Shown: positions 7,876 to 17,900 of the stretch, piece after piece | Layout of the letters: each line of letters starts with the position of its first letter | Position numbering within the stretch: the first letter of the stretch is position 1 | From: Ignavibacteriales bacterium CG07_land_8_20_14_0_80_59_12 | GTDB lineage: Bacteria > Bacteroidota > Ignavibacteria > 0-14-0-80-59-12 | Assembly: GCA_002779395.1 (NCBI GenBank) | Contig: PEWR01000091.1 | Coordinates: 1,464-65,463, forward strand | DNA: 64,000 nt | Direction of reading: 5' to 3' | Program-made: the position numbers and the translations under genes | Notes under the pieces: generated by a model | The model's input: only the letters and a program-made list of their open reading frames with translations | What the model was told of the DNA's origin: nothing | The model's database searches: none

Positions 7876-10761
7876 ATGCCAAATCCGCTCAACGAACATA
7901 GTGCAGTACAGAAACCAATTCTCAAGTACGCAGGCGAGATTGGCTGGCAGATAATCGAGCCACAAGAAGCCTTGAAGCTCCGCAACGGCGAGACGGGACT
8001 CTTCTTCTATTCCATCCTCGAACAGAAGTTGTTGGAACTCAACCGTAATGTCGTCACGGCTGAGAATGTCAGCGAAGTAATCGTACGGATTCAGAATCTT
8101 CGCAACACCATCGAAGGCAACAAGGAAGCCTTGGAGTGGCTCCGTGGCAGGAAGTCAGTCTACGTTCCAGCAGAAAAACGGGAAAGAAATGTCCGACTGA
8201 TTGACTTCGAGAACCCTGACAACAATGTCTTTCAGGTTACTGAGGAATGGTCGTACACCAACGGCAAGTACACCAACCGTGCTGACGTGGTATTCCTCAT
8301 CAATGGCATCCCCATCGTCATTGGAGAGAGCAAGAAACCTGAAGAGAAGGAAGCCATTCCCAAAGCGGTTGACCAGCTTCGGAGATACCACAGCGAGACC
8401 CCCGAGCTTGTTACCACCACCCAGCTATTCGATGCTACCCACCTGATTGATTTCTTCTACGGAGTCACTTGGAACCTGAGCAGAAAGGCACTCTTCAACT
8501 GGAAGGAAGTCGAGAAGGGGAACTTTGAGCTGAAGGTGAAGCGATTCTTTGACCGAGAACGTATCCTCAGGGTGCTCCACGACTATATCGTATTCTTCAA
8601 GCGAGAGGATGAGCTTGAGAAGATAGTCTTGCGTCAGCACCAGTCAAGAGCAGTCGAGAGGGTTGTTGAGCGTTCTACAGAGAGAAAGAAGAAGACTGGG
8701 CTTATTTGGCACACGCAAGGGTCAGGTAAGACATTCACAATGATTGTGTCTGCCGAGAGACTCATCAAACAGCCTGAATTCAAGAAACCCACGGTCATAA
8801 TGCTGGTGGACAGAAACGAACTTGAGAGCCAGCTATTCCTGAATCTTGAAGCCTATGGCTTTGAGACCTACGAGATAGCCGAGAGCAAAGCCCATCTTCA
8901 GGAACTCCTCAAGAGCGACTACCGTGGTCTGATCGTCTCGACGATTCATAAGTTCGAAGGTATGCCCAAGGACATTAACACAACAGAAAACGTCTTTGTC
9001 TTCGTTGATGAAGCTCACCGTACCACTTCAGGGGACTTGGGCAACTATCTGATGGCGGCTCTTCCCAATGCCACATACTTTGGTTTCACAGGCACTCCTA
9101 TAGACAAGATTCTTTATGGGAAGGGAACCTTCAAGGTCTTTGGGAAAGAGGACGACAAGGGTTATCTCGACAAGTACAGCATTGCAGAATCCATTGAAGA
9201 TGGGACAACGCTCCCTCTCCATTACACCCTTGCTCCCAATGATATGCTTGTGCCCAGGGAGACATTGGAGAAAGAGTTCTATGCGATGATGGAGAAAGAG
9301 GGGGTGAGCGATATTGAGGAACTCAACAAGATTTTGGACAGGGCGGTCAACACCAAGAACTTCCTCAAGGCGACTGATAGAGTTGAGAAAGTGGCCAAGT
9401 TCGTGGCAGAACACTATAGGCAAAATGTTGAGCCGATGGGCTACAAGGCATTTCTTGTGGGAGTGGATAGAGAGGCCTGCGCTCCCTACAAGAAGGCCTT
9501 GGACAAGTACCTTTCGCCAGAGTACTCAACGGTGATCTACTCCCCAGCACACAATGACAGACCTGTCCTCAAGGAGTTCTATCTCGAAGAGGCTGAGGAA
9601 AAAGAGACCAAGAAGCTCTTCCGCAAGAAGCAAAGCTTACCAAAGATCTTGATTGTCACTGAAAAACTCTTGACGGGATACGATGCACCAATCCTGTACT
9701 GTATGTATCTCGACAAGCCGATGAAAGACCATACCTTGCTTCAGGCTATAGCAAGAGTGAATCGTCCCTATGAAGATGATGAGGGACTGAAGAAGCCGTC
9801 GGGGTTCGTACTGGACTTCGTAGGCATCTTCGACAACATGGAGAAGGCACTTGCCTTCGATTCAGCCGACGTAACGAGTGTTATCAAGAACATAGATGTC
9901 CTCAAGAACCTGTTTGCCAAGCAGATGAAGGAGCAAGCCCCAGAGTATCTCAATCTGATGAAGGGAAGAACGGGGGACAAGCTGGTTGAGCACGCTATCG
10001 AGTACTTCACCGACAGGGAAAAGCGAGAAGCCTTCTTCAAGTTCTTCAAGCAGTTGGAAAGCCTCTACGAAATCATCTCTCCAGACAAGTTTCTTGGGGA
10101 CTGTATCCGCGCCTATACCCAGTTGTCCCACCTCTACCAGACGGTTCTGTTAGCCTTCACGCCGAGAGTGCAAGCTGACAAAGAGTTGATGCGGAAGACA
10201 GCCTCTCTGGTGAAGGAGCAGGTCAAAGTAGGTCAGATTGCAGAACCGTTACCCATCTATGCCATCAATGAACAGTCTCTGGAAGCTCTCAAGAAAGACC
10301 CCAGGTCTGAGAAAGCCAAGGTGGTGAATTTGACCAGAAGCATCCGAATCTTTGTTGACGATAACCAAGGAAAGAATCCATTCCTTTTGGGAATTGGAGA
10401 ACGGGTAGAAGCCATCAACGAGCTGTACGACAATCGTCAGATTGACACCATCGAAGCCCTCAAGCAACTCGAAGAACTTGTCAAGCAGGTCAACCTTGCC
10501 AAAAAGGAGCAGACTGAAAAGAAGCTCGATACCCGCACCTTCTCCATCTATTGGGTTCTCAAGACATACATGACCTACGGCGTAGACGAGCTTTCTAAGA
10601 AGGTATCTGCCCTGTATGACAAGTATCCCGACTGGATGGTGAACGGAAACGAGAGAAGGGATCTGAGGCTGGAATTGTATGGCCTGTTGCTGAAACCGCT
10701 TGGGAAGCAAAAGGTGCTGGAAGCGATGGAGAAGATGTTCACTTTGGTTGTACAGCAATGA
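7876..10761 (+). CDS. hsdR: Type I restriction enzyme R subunit (HsdR, SF2 helicase/endonuclease)
   Basis: Walker A HTQGSGKTFTM, DEAH box VFVDEAHRT, 961 aa, HsdR_N-like N-terminus, same low-GC composition as hsdM/hsdS. Confidence 0.9.
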   Translation: MPNPLNEHSAVQKPILKYAGEIGWQIIEPQEALKLRNGETGLFFYSILEQKLLELNRNVVTAENVSEVIVRIQNLRNTIEGNKEALEWLRGRKSVYVPAEKRERNVRLIDFENPDNNVFQVTEEWSYTNGKYTNRADVVFLINGIPIVIGESKKPEEKEAIPKAVDQLRRYHSETPELVTTTQLFDATHLIDFFYGVTWNLSRKALFNWKEVEKGNFELKVKRFFDRERILRVLHDYIVFFKREDELEKIVLRQHQSRAVERVVERSTERKKKTGLIWHTQGSGKTFTMIVSAERLIKQPEFKKPTVIMLVDRNELESQLFLNLEAYGFETYEIAESKAHLQELLKSDYRGLIVSTIHKFEGMPKDINTTENVFVFVDEAHRTTSGDLGNYLMAALPNATYFGFTGTPIDKILYGKGTFKVFGKEDDKGYLDKYSIAESIEDGTTLPLHYTLAPNDMLVPRETLEKEFYAMMEKEGVSDIEELNKILDRAVNTKNFLKATDRVEKVAKFVAEHYRQNVEPMGYKAFLVGVDREACAPYKKALDKYLSPEYSTVIYSPAHNDRPVLKEFYLEEAEEKETKKLFRKKQSLPKILIVTEKLLTGYDAPILYCMYLDKPMKDHTLLQAIARVNRPYEDDEGLKKPSGFVLDFVGIFDNMEKALAFDSADVTSVIKNIDVLKNLFAKQMKEQAPEYLNLMKGRTGDKLVEHAIEYFTDREKREAFFKFFKQLESLYEIISPDKFLGDCIRAYTQLSHLYQTVLLAFTPRVQADKELMRKTASLVKEQVKVGQIAEPLPIYAINEQSLEALKKDPRSEKAKVVNLTRSIRIFVDDNQGKNPFLLGIGERVEAINELYDNRQIDTIEALKQLEELVKQVNLAKKEQTEKKLDTRTFSIYWVLKTYMTYGVDELSKKVSALYDKYPDWMVNGNERRDLRLELYGLLLKPLGKQKVLEAMEKMFTLVVQQ

Positions 10762-11054
10762 GCACAGACACCAAAGAACAGAGGTTCCGAGAGAGGGTAT
10801 CCCATTGGTCTGAAACCATTGGGGCGAAGCCGAAGCTGGTACAGCTACGCAGGATGAAACGGAAATGGGCTTCCTGTTCGACGGCTGGTAGGGTGAGCTT
10901 CAGCAGAGACCTCTTGAGGAAGAGGGGAGAATTCCAAGATTGCGTCATAGCACATGAACTTATTCATTTGCAGGTTCCCAATCATGGGAAGCTATTCAAG
11001 AGCCTGATGAGGGCATACATCCCGAATTGGGAAGAGATGCACTTGGAGAGATAG
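10758..11054 (+). CDS. Short DUF45/WLM (YgjP-like) zinc metallopeptidase-domain protein, translationally coupled to hsdR
   Basis: HExxH motif (CVIAHELIHLQVPNHGKLF) and the WxSCS-like block (KWASCSTAGRVSF) typical of the C-terminal half of DUF45. ATGA overlap with the hsdR stop. Only 98 aa, so the N-terminal half of canonical DUF45 is absent. Confidence 0.6.
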   Translation: MSTDTKEQRFRERVSHWSETIGAKPKLVQLRRMKRKWASCSTAGRVSFSRDLLRKRGEFQDCVIAHELIHLQVPNHGKLFKSLMRAYIPNWEEMHLER

Positions 11055-11489
11055 GTTCCTGGTAATCTTGGTGAGTCCATCAAGAGACCTTGAGGAATAG
11101 GGAAATATTCTGTCGTCGATGCTTGATACGTGTAACCATGTGCAGGGTATTCGAGCTCACATTACTGCTCGTTCTTCCGTTCTTGATCCACGCATCTGGT
11201 CAAACTGGTTACCAACGGTTCGATGAAAGGTCGCTGGATAGGACAGTGCTGATAGAGAAGGAAGTTCATGCAAAGATGGTTGCACAGCAGAGATGCGTTG
11301 AAGAAGTGAACCTCCCCTTCGAGCTTTCCTCAGGGGGATCACGTCATCAGCGAGCATGTTGCATCGGGAGGCGAAGCTCTGTATATTCGGGAGGCAGTTG
11401 CACTGTAGAAAGAACTGCTAAGCGATTCGGCGTTCTTTCCCTTCCTCCTCGCGCGACCTAAGCAAGAAACCCGCGAGATCCGGGCCTCG

Positions 11490-11576
11490 TACCGAAGGTC
11501 GGACTCGAACCGACACGGAGTGTTAAGCTCCACTGGATTTTGAGTCCAGCGCGTCTACCAATTCCGCCACTTCGGC
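11490..11576 (-). tRNA. tRNA-Leu (anticodon CAA), type II with long variable arm
   Basis: Reverse complement reads GCCGAAGTGGCGGAATTGGTAGACGCGCTGGACTCAAAATCCAGTGGAGC..GGTTCGAGTCCGACCTTCGGTA. Anticodon loop CUCAAAA gives CAA. Its 3' end faces the R-M island. Confidence 0.8.
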
Positions 11577-11595
11577 GTTCGTTCTTTTCAATTCC

Positions 11596-11624
11596 AATAT
11601 AGCCAACTCTCTGCGCGCAATCAA
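11596..11624 (-). promoter_or_regulatory. Candidate sigma70-type promoter for tRNA-Leu (TTGATT-17-TATATT)
   Basis: On the minus strand upstream of the tRNA 5' end: TTGATTgcgcgcagagagttggcTATATT, then 19 nt to the mature tRNA start. Confidence 0.4.
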
Positions 11625-11980
11625 GATGTTCCTTGGGGCGGCGATCCCGGGGCATGAACTGGCAAAGAAGCGATTGGAGCGTGCTGATCTCATCAGCAGT
11701 GGGGGGTACTCCAATGAGCCTGGCGTGCCTTGATGGGGAGATCAGTGAACATGAAGGGCGCACGATCGAATCCGAGCTCGACGAGGCGAAGAGCGGGGAA
11801 GACCTCGCAGGTCGCGAAACGAAGGTCGTGAAGCTGCTCGTGACTTTTTTTGAAACAGAGAAGAAGCTGAGGGGAGAGTAGTGGCCTCTCGGAGTGTTTG
11901 GAACTTCGGTGAGAAACTCGATGCAGCTATTCATTGACCCGCGTTATCTGCAGAAGTTCGGGTACCAGTGGCAATGAGAG

Positions 11981-12670
11981 TCACCAGGCCGGCTGGCCCG
12001 GCCCCTTCGACCTGAGGGCTCGCGAGTGCGACCGGTGTTCCTCGGTAAGAGCGTCTATCTTTCTTTTGTCAAGCGCCCGAATCATCCCCACTACCACGCC
12101 GAGGATCCTGAAGTTGTCATCGCTCTGGTTCACGACGATCGGCTTGTATTTCTTGTTCTCCGGCCGAAGGATAATGGGGCCGTTCTCCCTGTAAAACCTT
12201 TTGATCGTCGGCTGTCCCTCAACCGACGCCACCACAATCTCCCCATTGCGCGGCTCGCGCTTCGGGTCGACGAATAGAAGGTCTCCCGTAGCAAGCTCCG
12301 CTCCCTTCATGCTGTCCCCTCGTACGTAGACACCGAAGATGTCGTCCGACGCTGTAAGGTATTTCCTGACTTCAAAAGTGTCGACGATGTTCTCCTGTGA
12401 GAGGAACGGGTGTCCCGCGGGTGCCGTACCGTAGATCGGTATACCCGCTGGTCGCCGGAGCAGTAACTCAATGCCCCGCGAGATCCCCGGAACGTATCGC
12501 ACCGCACGCTTTTTCTCCATCAAAAGAAGATGCGTCCGGGCGGCATTAGGCTGGATGCCGAGTCCGTGGGCAATCTCCTGGAGTGTCGGGGGATAGCCGT
12601 TGTTCTCGACGTACCGCTGGACGAACGTGTAAACGTCTTGCTGCCGGGGTGTTAACTCAGTCGTGCCCAT
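11981..12670 (-). CDS. lexA: LexA transcriptional repressor (S24 peptidase family)
   Basis: MGTTELTPRQQDVYTFVQRYVENNGYPPTLQEIAHGLGI (wHTH), then the S24 autoprotease domain with GDSM and a downstream KR. Start taken at internal ATG 12670 (MGTTEL), not the ORF-track start at 12769. Confidence 0.85.
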   Translation of the reverse strand: MGTTELTPRQQDVYTFVQRYVENNGYPPTLQEIAHGLGIQPNAARTHLLLMEKKRAVRYVPGISRGIELLLRRPAGIPIYGTAPAGHPFLSQENIVDTFEVRKYLTASDDIFGVYVRGDSMKGAELATGDLLFVDPKREPRNGEIVVASVEGQPTIKRFYRENGPIILRPENKKYKPIVVNQSDDNFRILGVVVGMIRALDKRKIDALTEEHRSHSRALRSKGPGQPAW

Positions 12671-12712
12671 GTGTGATTCCGCTACATGGTGTCGATGCAG
12701 TGAACATGTCGA

Positions 12713-12741
12713 AATATACACTGTCAAAGGCTCGTTGTCAA
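12713..12741 (-). promoter_or_regulatory. Strong sigma70-like promoter of lexA (TTGACA-17-TATATT)
   Basis: Minus-strand reading upstream of the lexA ATG: TTGACAacgagcctttgacagtgTATATT, then about 40 nt to the ATG. Perfect -35, 5/6 -10, 17-nt spacer. Confidence 0.5.
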
Positions 12742-13031
12742 GTCTGTGACTCCCACTCTCTGTCAGCACCCAGTCCTGTTGATGCCCGGTCCTTGTTGGA
12801 AGCGCGAGCCGACGACGAGCCTGAGATCAACACACATCTCGATGAGAGTCTCAATGCTTGGGCATGCGGGTTCCAAATCGGAGACAAGGGTTTCTCGTGC
12901 CTCTTGACTTTTGCTCGGAAAGTGGCTATTTTTGCCGCGAGGCAGGCAGCGTGCTTCACAATACTCTCCTGTGTACCCTGTCTGCCGTGTGCCGGCGCGT
13001 TGTTGACAGGTCTCAAGCGGGGTGAATCCAC

Positions 13032-13604
13032 ATGCTGACTGCTTCGGAACTGAAGGAGGGGTTCGTCCTTCAGCGCCAGGACCGGGTCTTCCGTGTGACT
13101 AAAGTCGTTCACCACGCGGGGAGTGGACAGATGGTCAGCTTCGTGGCCTTGACGCTCAAGGATGTCCGCAGCGGACATATGACCGAAGTCCGCTTCAAAC
13201 CGACGGATAGAGTCGAGACGGCGGAGCTTGACAAGCGGGCGCTCGAATTTCTCTACAAGGATGCCGAGACGTTTCACTTCATGGATCCAGAGACGTTCGA
13301 GCAGTACGATGTCCCTGAGAGGAACATCGGCGCCGCGGGGAGGTTTCTCAAAGAGGGAATGAAGGCGACGGTGGAACTGCTCGCCGGCGAAGCGATCAGT
13401 GTGCACTTTGCGAAAACGGTCACGCTCTCAGTGACGGCCACGGGTCCCGGCATCAGGGATACACAGAGCAGCACGATGAAGCCTGCCACACTGGAAAACG
13501 GGCTGGAGATACTCGTTCCGCAGTTCATTGTGACAGGGGACCTCGTGCGCGTTGACGTTGAGAGCGGCGCCTACATCGATCGCACGACGCCGCACAGGGC
13601 GTAG
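13032..13604 (+). CDS. efp: Elongation factor P family protein (EF-P), unusual loop lacking the conserved modifiable Lys/Arg
   Basis: Global EF-P fold similarity (KOW-like N-domain, ...TGPGIRDTQSSTMKPATLENGLEILVPQFI...GDLVRVDVESGAYIDR). The loop reads VHHAGSGQMVSF where E. coli has VKPGKGQAFARV. Confidence 0.75.
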   Translation: MLTASELKEGFVLQRQDRVFRVTKVVHHAGSGQMVSFVALTLKDVRSGHMTEVRFKPTDRVETAELDKRALEFLYKDAETFHFMDPETFEQYDVPERNIGAAGRFLKEGMKATVELLAGEAISVHFAKTVTLSVTATGPGIRDTQSSTMKPATLENGLEILVPQFIVTGDLVRVDVESGAYIDRTTPHRA

Positions 13605-13781
13605 CCCCTGAGCGCACAGGCGTGGTCGCCCTAGGGAAGATGCACAATCGGCGCCCGCAGCCGGAAACGCTGGTAGTGTCGGTGAAGGGGGGTGTGTGAT
13701 GAGACGGTGGCTCGCTTGACTAAGAGGCGAGCGTTTGCTATACTGAACGGGGAGGAGCACTCAGACGCATCGTGGTGGTCC

Positions 13782-14906
13782 ATGGCGGGCCCGAATCCTG
13801 GCAAGACGAAGAGAACATCGGAATCTGAGATCACCCTTAAGATAGCCCAGATCGTCGCTATCCTCATTGCGTTTTTCCTCGCAAGCTCGTATCTCGTCTA
13901 TGTGTTTGAATCGCGGTCTCCTTCCCCTCTGATACTCTCGTTTCCCGATGCGATGTGGTATACCCTCGTGACACTAGGCACCGTTGGGTACGGAGATGTG
14001 TATCCGGTTACTGCGGCAGGGAGGATTGTCGGGAGCATCGTCATTGTCTTCTCCATCGGTTTCATCGGGTACAGCATCGGCAGATTCGGCGACTATCTCC
14101 TCGAGAACAGCAGAAGGAAATTCCTCGGCATGAACCGCACACGTTTCAGCGGACACTACGTCGTGATCGGATGGAACGGACTGAGCAGGATCGTCATCAA
14201 GGAAGTTCTCTCCGCCGGCTTCCGTGTTGCCCTCCTCACTCATGATGAGAAGGCGATCACCGAGGTTCGCTCCGTATTCCCCGACTCAAAGACCCTCTTT
14301 GTCACGCTCGGCCCTTACGAGGACGACACCGGATACGAGAGGTTGAATATTCACGAGGCGGCCGGAGCGATCCTCCTCTGCATGAACGACACGCAAACGC
14401 TCATAACGGCGATTCGCCTTCGGGAGGTCAGACCCGATCTCACCATTACTGCCTACATCGAGAACTCAGAGCTTAAACGAACCGTTGTGAACGCCGGCGT
14501 CAAGTATGTGATCTCGCCCAATGAGATCGTCGGCAGGATGGTTGCCTCGGCGACCTTCGAGCCTGATGTGAGTGCGTTCGTTGAGGACATCCTCTCCACG
14601 ACGACGGAATCGAATGATATCGACATCCAGGAGTTCCGGCTTCCGGACGGACACGAGATCGGGGGGATGATCTTCCACGATGCGTGCGAGCTCATCGAGG
14701 AGAAAACGGGAGCGCGCCTCATTTCTTTCAGCCGAGCGGCAGACGGCTCATTCGAGCTGACGAAGAACCCAGCCCGGAATGACACTGTGAAGTCGAACGA
14801 TTATCTCATTGTCCTTGTCAACCTCGTCACCTCAGAACGACTCTCCGAGTATCTTCGAGTGCCGCAGGGGAGAAGGCTCGCAGATACTCCCCGGCGGCCG
14901 GCATGA
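13782..14906 (+). CDS. MthK-like 2TM potassium channel with RCK (TrkA-N/TrkA-C) domains
   Basis: Selectivity filter TLGTVGYGDVYP flanked by two TM helices. Rossmann-like TrkA-N begins YVVIGWNGLSRIVIKEVLSAGFRVALL. C-terminal TrkA-C-like region. Start set at ATG 13782; the ORF-track start 13692 is probably too far upstream. Confidence 0.7.
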   Translation: MAGPNPGKTKRTSESEITLKIAQIVAILIAFFLASSYLVYVFESRSPSPLILSFPDAMWYTLVTLGTVGYGDVYPVTAAGRIVGSIVIVFSIGFIGYSIGRFGDYLLENSRRKFLGMNRTRFSGHYVVIGWNGLSRIVIKEVLSAGFRVALLTHDEKAITEVRSVFPDSKTLFVTLGPYEDDTGYERLNIHEAAGAILLCMNDTQTLITAIRLREVRPDLTITAYIENSELKRTVVNAGVKYVISPNEIVGRMVASATFEPDVSAFVEDILSTTTESNDIDIQEFRLPDGHEIGGMIFHDACELIEEKTGARLISFSRAADGSFELTKNPARNDTVKSNDYLIVLVNLVTSERLSEYLRVPQGRRLADTPRRPA

Positions 14907-14990
14907 CTCTGCGGGAGGGCTTGCTCCGATATCCCCCTTGCTTCGGCGATTTTTTTTCTGACGAGGTGTGATCATCTTCGCGGATGCGCG

Positions 14991-17900
14991 ATGAGGGGGA
15001 GCAGGCACTCCACGGGACTGTCGGGGAGTCTGCTGTTCTCACTTCTCCTGGTATCTCTCGACGGCACACAAGGACGGGCGCAGGTACGCGATTCCGTCTC
15101 CCAACTCCCTGTGGCCTTCACCTACACTCTCCCCCTTGCGGATTCTGTTGTGCGGCTCCCCGCCGAATTCCGGGAGATTGCACCGTGGGAAGGACTCACC
15201 GTTCGGATTGATTCCCTTTCCCTCTCAGCTGGGAAGGATTTCTGGGTCGACACCCTCCACAACGTCCTTCGCATCTCACCGGAGCTCTTGACGCGCGTCT
15301 CAAGCGCCGCGCCGAACTTGGGCGCCCCGGGACGAGCAAAACCCCGTGTCATTGTGGAGACTACCCGCCGGGCAGGCGTGTTTAAGAGCCGGTTCTCCCT
15401 TCCTCCTCCCCGGAGGATCGCCTCCGGCGACACCGCGCTCGCCTCGGGAATCACACCGCCGCTTACTCCCCCGCTGCAACTCCGCGATGTCTTTGGGCCC
15501 GGGATTCAGCGGAGCGGGAGTCTCACACGCGGATTCGTTGTAGGCTCGAACCGCGATGTCAGCCTGACGTCGAACTTCCGTCTCCAGCTCTCCGGAATGC
15601 TCGGCGCGGACATTGCGGTCGCCGCTGCCCTTGCCGACGAGAATTCCCCCATTCCTCCCGAAGGCTTGACAAAACAGCTCCAGGAGTTCGACAAGGTGTT
15701 CGTGGAAATCCGCGCCCCGCGTGCCGGTGCAACACTCGGAGACTTCGACTTCATGCGCTCGGGCGGCTCGCTTGGCGTTGTCCAGCGCAAACTCCAGGGG
15801 GCCGAGGGACGCCTCTCGCTCGGCGACTCCACCTCCCGGACGGAAGTCACCGTTGCGGCAGCGGTTGCCCGCGGGAAGTTCACAACAAACCGGTTCAACG
15901 GCCTCGATGCCGTGCAGGGACCGTACCAGCTTGCAGGAGCAAACGGCGAGCGAAGCATCGTTGTCGTCCCCGGATCGGAACGTGTCTCGATTGACGGCGA
16001 ACCGATGACCCGCGGCGCTGTCGAGGAGTACACGATCGACTACAGCCTCGCGCAGGTCACCTTTACGGTCAGGCGGATCATATCGAGCGCATCGCGCATC
16101 AGTGTTGACTTCCAGTACGTCGACCGGCAATACACCCGGACGTTCGCAGGCGCGGATGTCCGATCCACGGTTGCTGGCGGAGCGCTGGGTGTGTCGTACT
16201 ACCGCGAAGCCGACAACCAGGACTCGCCGATCGACGTTGTGCTCTCCGACACCGACCGCGCGATCATCTCGAAGGCGGGGAGTGACCCATTTGCGGCGGC
16301 GAAATCAAGCATCATGTATACCGGCGTTGATTCCGTCACGGGAGCTTCCAAAGGGCGATACCTGCTCGTCGACACTGTTGTCGCCGGGAGCCCGCTGAAG
16401 ATCCTCCGTTACGCGCCCGGTGATGTGCGCGCCCTTTACGATGCATCGTTCACGTTCGTCGGAGACGGGAAGGGGGAATACTCGAGACGGCAGATCGGCG
16501 AGTTCTCCTACGCTGGACCGGGAGGGGGAAGTTATGCTCCGATCACACTCCTCCCGATCCCTCAGCTCCACCAGCTTGCAGACGTGTCGCTGGCTCGAGA
16601 CGTCGGAAACGCGTTTCACGCTGAAGTCAACTACGCACTGAGCAGTTTCGATGCGAATCGCTTTTCTGCAGGAGGAACAGCACGGAGCACAGGGCATGCA
16701 GTGAACGCAAGGCTCTCATTGAGACCTGTTATCCTCCGGGTCGGCGGCGTCTCACTCGGTGAGTTCGGTGCAGCTGTGTCGGACAACTACTACGGCGATT
16801 CCTTCCGTCCGCTCGACCGCATCAAGCCGATCGAGTTCAACCGGATCTGGGACGTTAGCGACACACTTGTGGGGTCCCAGAACGTCCTCACCGCCGAGCT
16901 TCTCTACCACCCCTCTGCGTCCCTGACACTCTTGAACACATACGGTCTCCTCACAACGGCAAGCGGTGTGAGTTCGTCGAAGTACTCCGGGCGGCTGCGC
17001 GTCGAGAGCGCCCCCTCGCGCGCACTCGATTACACTGTCGAGTATGTGCAGAGAGAGGGAGGTGGCCCCCTCTCGTCCAACTGGCTCCGTCAGCGCGGCT
17101 CAGGGTTTCTCGACCTCGGGGCTGTGAAGCCGGCCGTCCGGTTCGAGGCGGAGGATCGGAGGCAATCAGCGACCGACTCAACCGGTGCTGCGAGTCTGGA
17201 TGCGACGAGCTTCAGGTTTGCAGAGGTTGCTCCCTCCATCGGGTTCCCGCGGCTGCTCGGTTCGTCGTTCAGCCTGAACGGGTTCTTCAGGTTCGATGAC
17301 TTGCCCTACGGCGGAGAGTTTGTGAGACAGGCCACCTCTACGGGCTTCGGCGGCGCTTGGAAGTACACGGAAGGGGGGGGACTCTCCGCATCCATCGACC
17401 TTACACAGCGGACCAAGCGGTTCGACGATCAATTCAAGACCCAGGGGAGCAGGGATGCGAAGACGCTTCTTGTCCGATCCGTCACCCAGTACCGCGACGG
17501 ACGCGGATCCGTGAGCACCGACCTCTACTACGAGTTTGGCACTGAGCGGGCTGCGAAACTCGAGCGCGTCTTCCTGCGTGTAGAAAAGGGCACGGGGTCG
17601 TACACGTACATAGGCGATTCGAGCCAGAGGGCAGTCCCCGATCCGAACAAGTTCGTCCCTGTACGTTTCGACGGAGACTATGTCCCGGTGACTGTGCCGT
17701 CCGACAGGCTCTATCCGGTCAGCTCCGTGAAGAGCGGTATCAGGGTCCGGCTCACGCCGGCGCGGCTGTGGCCCCAGGCGAGTTCGTTCGTAGAGTCGGC
17801 CCTCGCAGCCCTTTCATCAGAGACATCGCTCCGGGTCGAGGAGAAGAGCACCGATGAACGGATGTCGGATCTCTACCTTCTCCGCCTTTCGAGATTCCTC

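Noticed and set aside
7716-7985. 89-aa minus-strand ORF (…IIITLIITLIINLII…) and a plus-strand mini-ORF (MIRLMIKLMITTIMRLMISVMIRVMIISM) through the 12-bp repeat array.
   Set aside because: Both are artefacts of translating the tandem repeat, with no Shine-Dalgarno and no independent support. The minus ORF also overlaps the hsdR start.
11633-11881. 82-aa plus-strand ORF between tRNA-Leu and lexA.
   Set aside because: No Shine-Dalgarno and acidic low-complexity sequence. The region is better explained by the tRNA-Leu promoter and the lexA 3' flank.
11458-11934. 158-aa minus-strand ORF overlapping tRNA-Leu.
   Set aside because: It spans the tRNA gene and its promoter and the translation has no features, so it is spurious.
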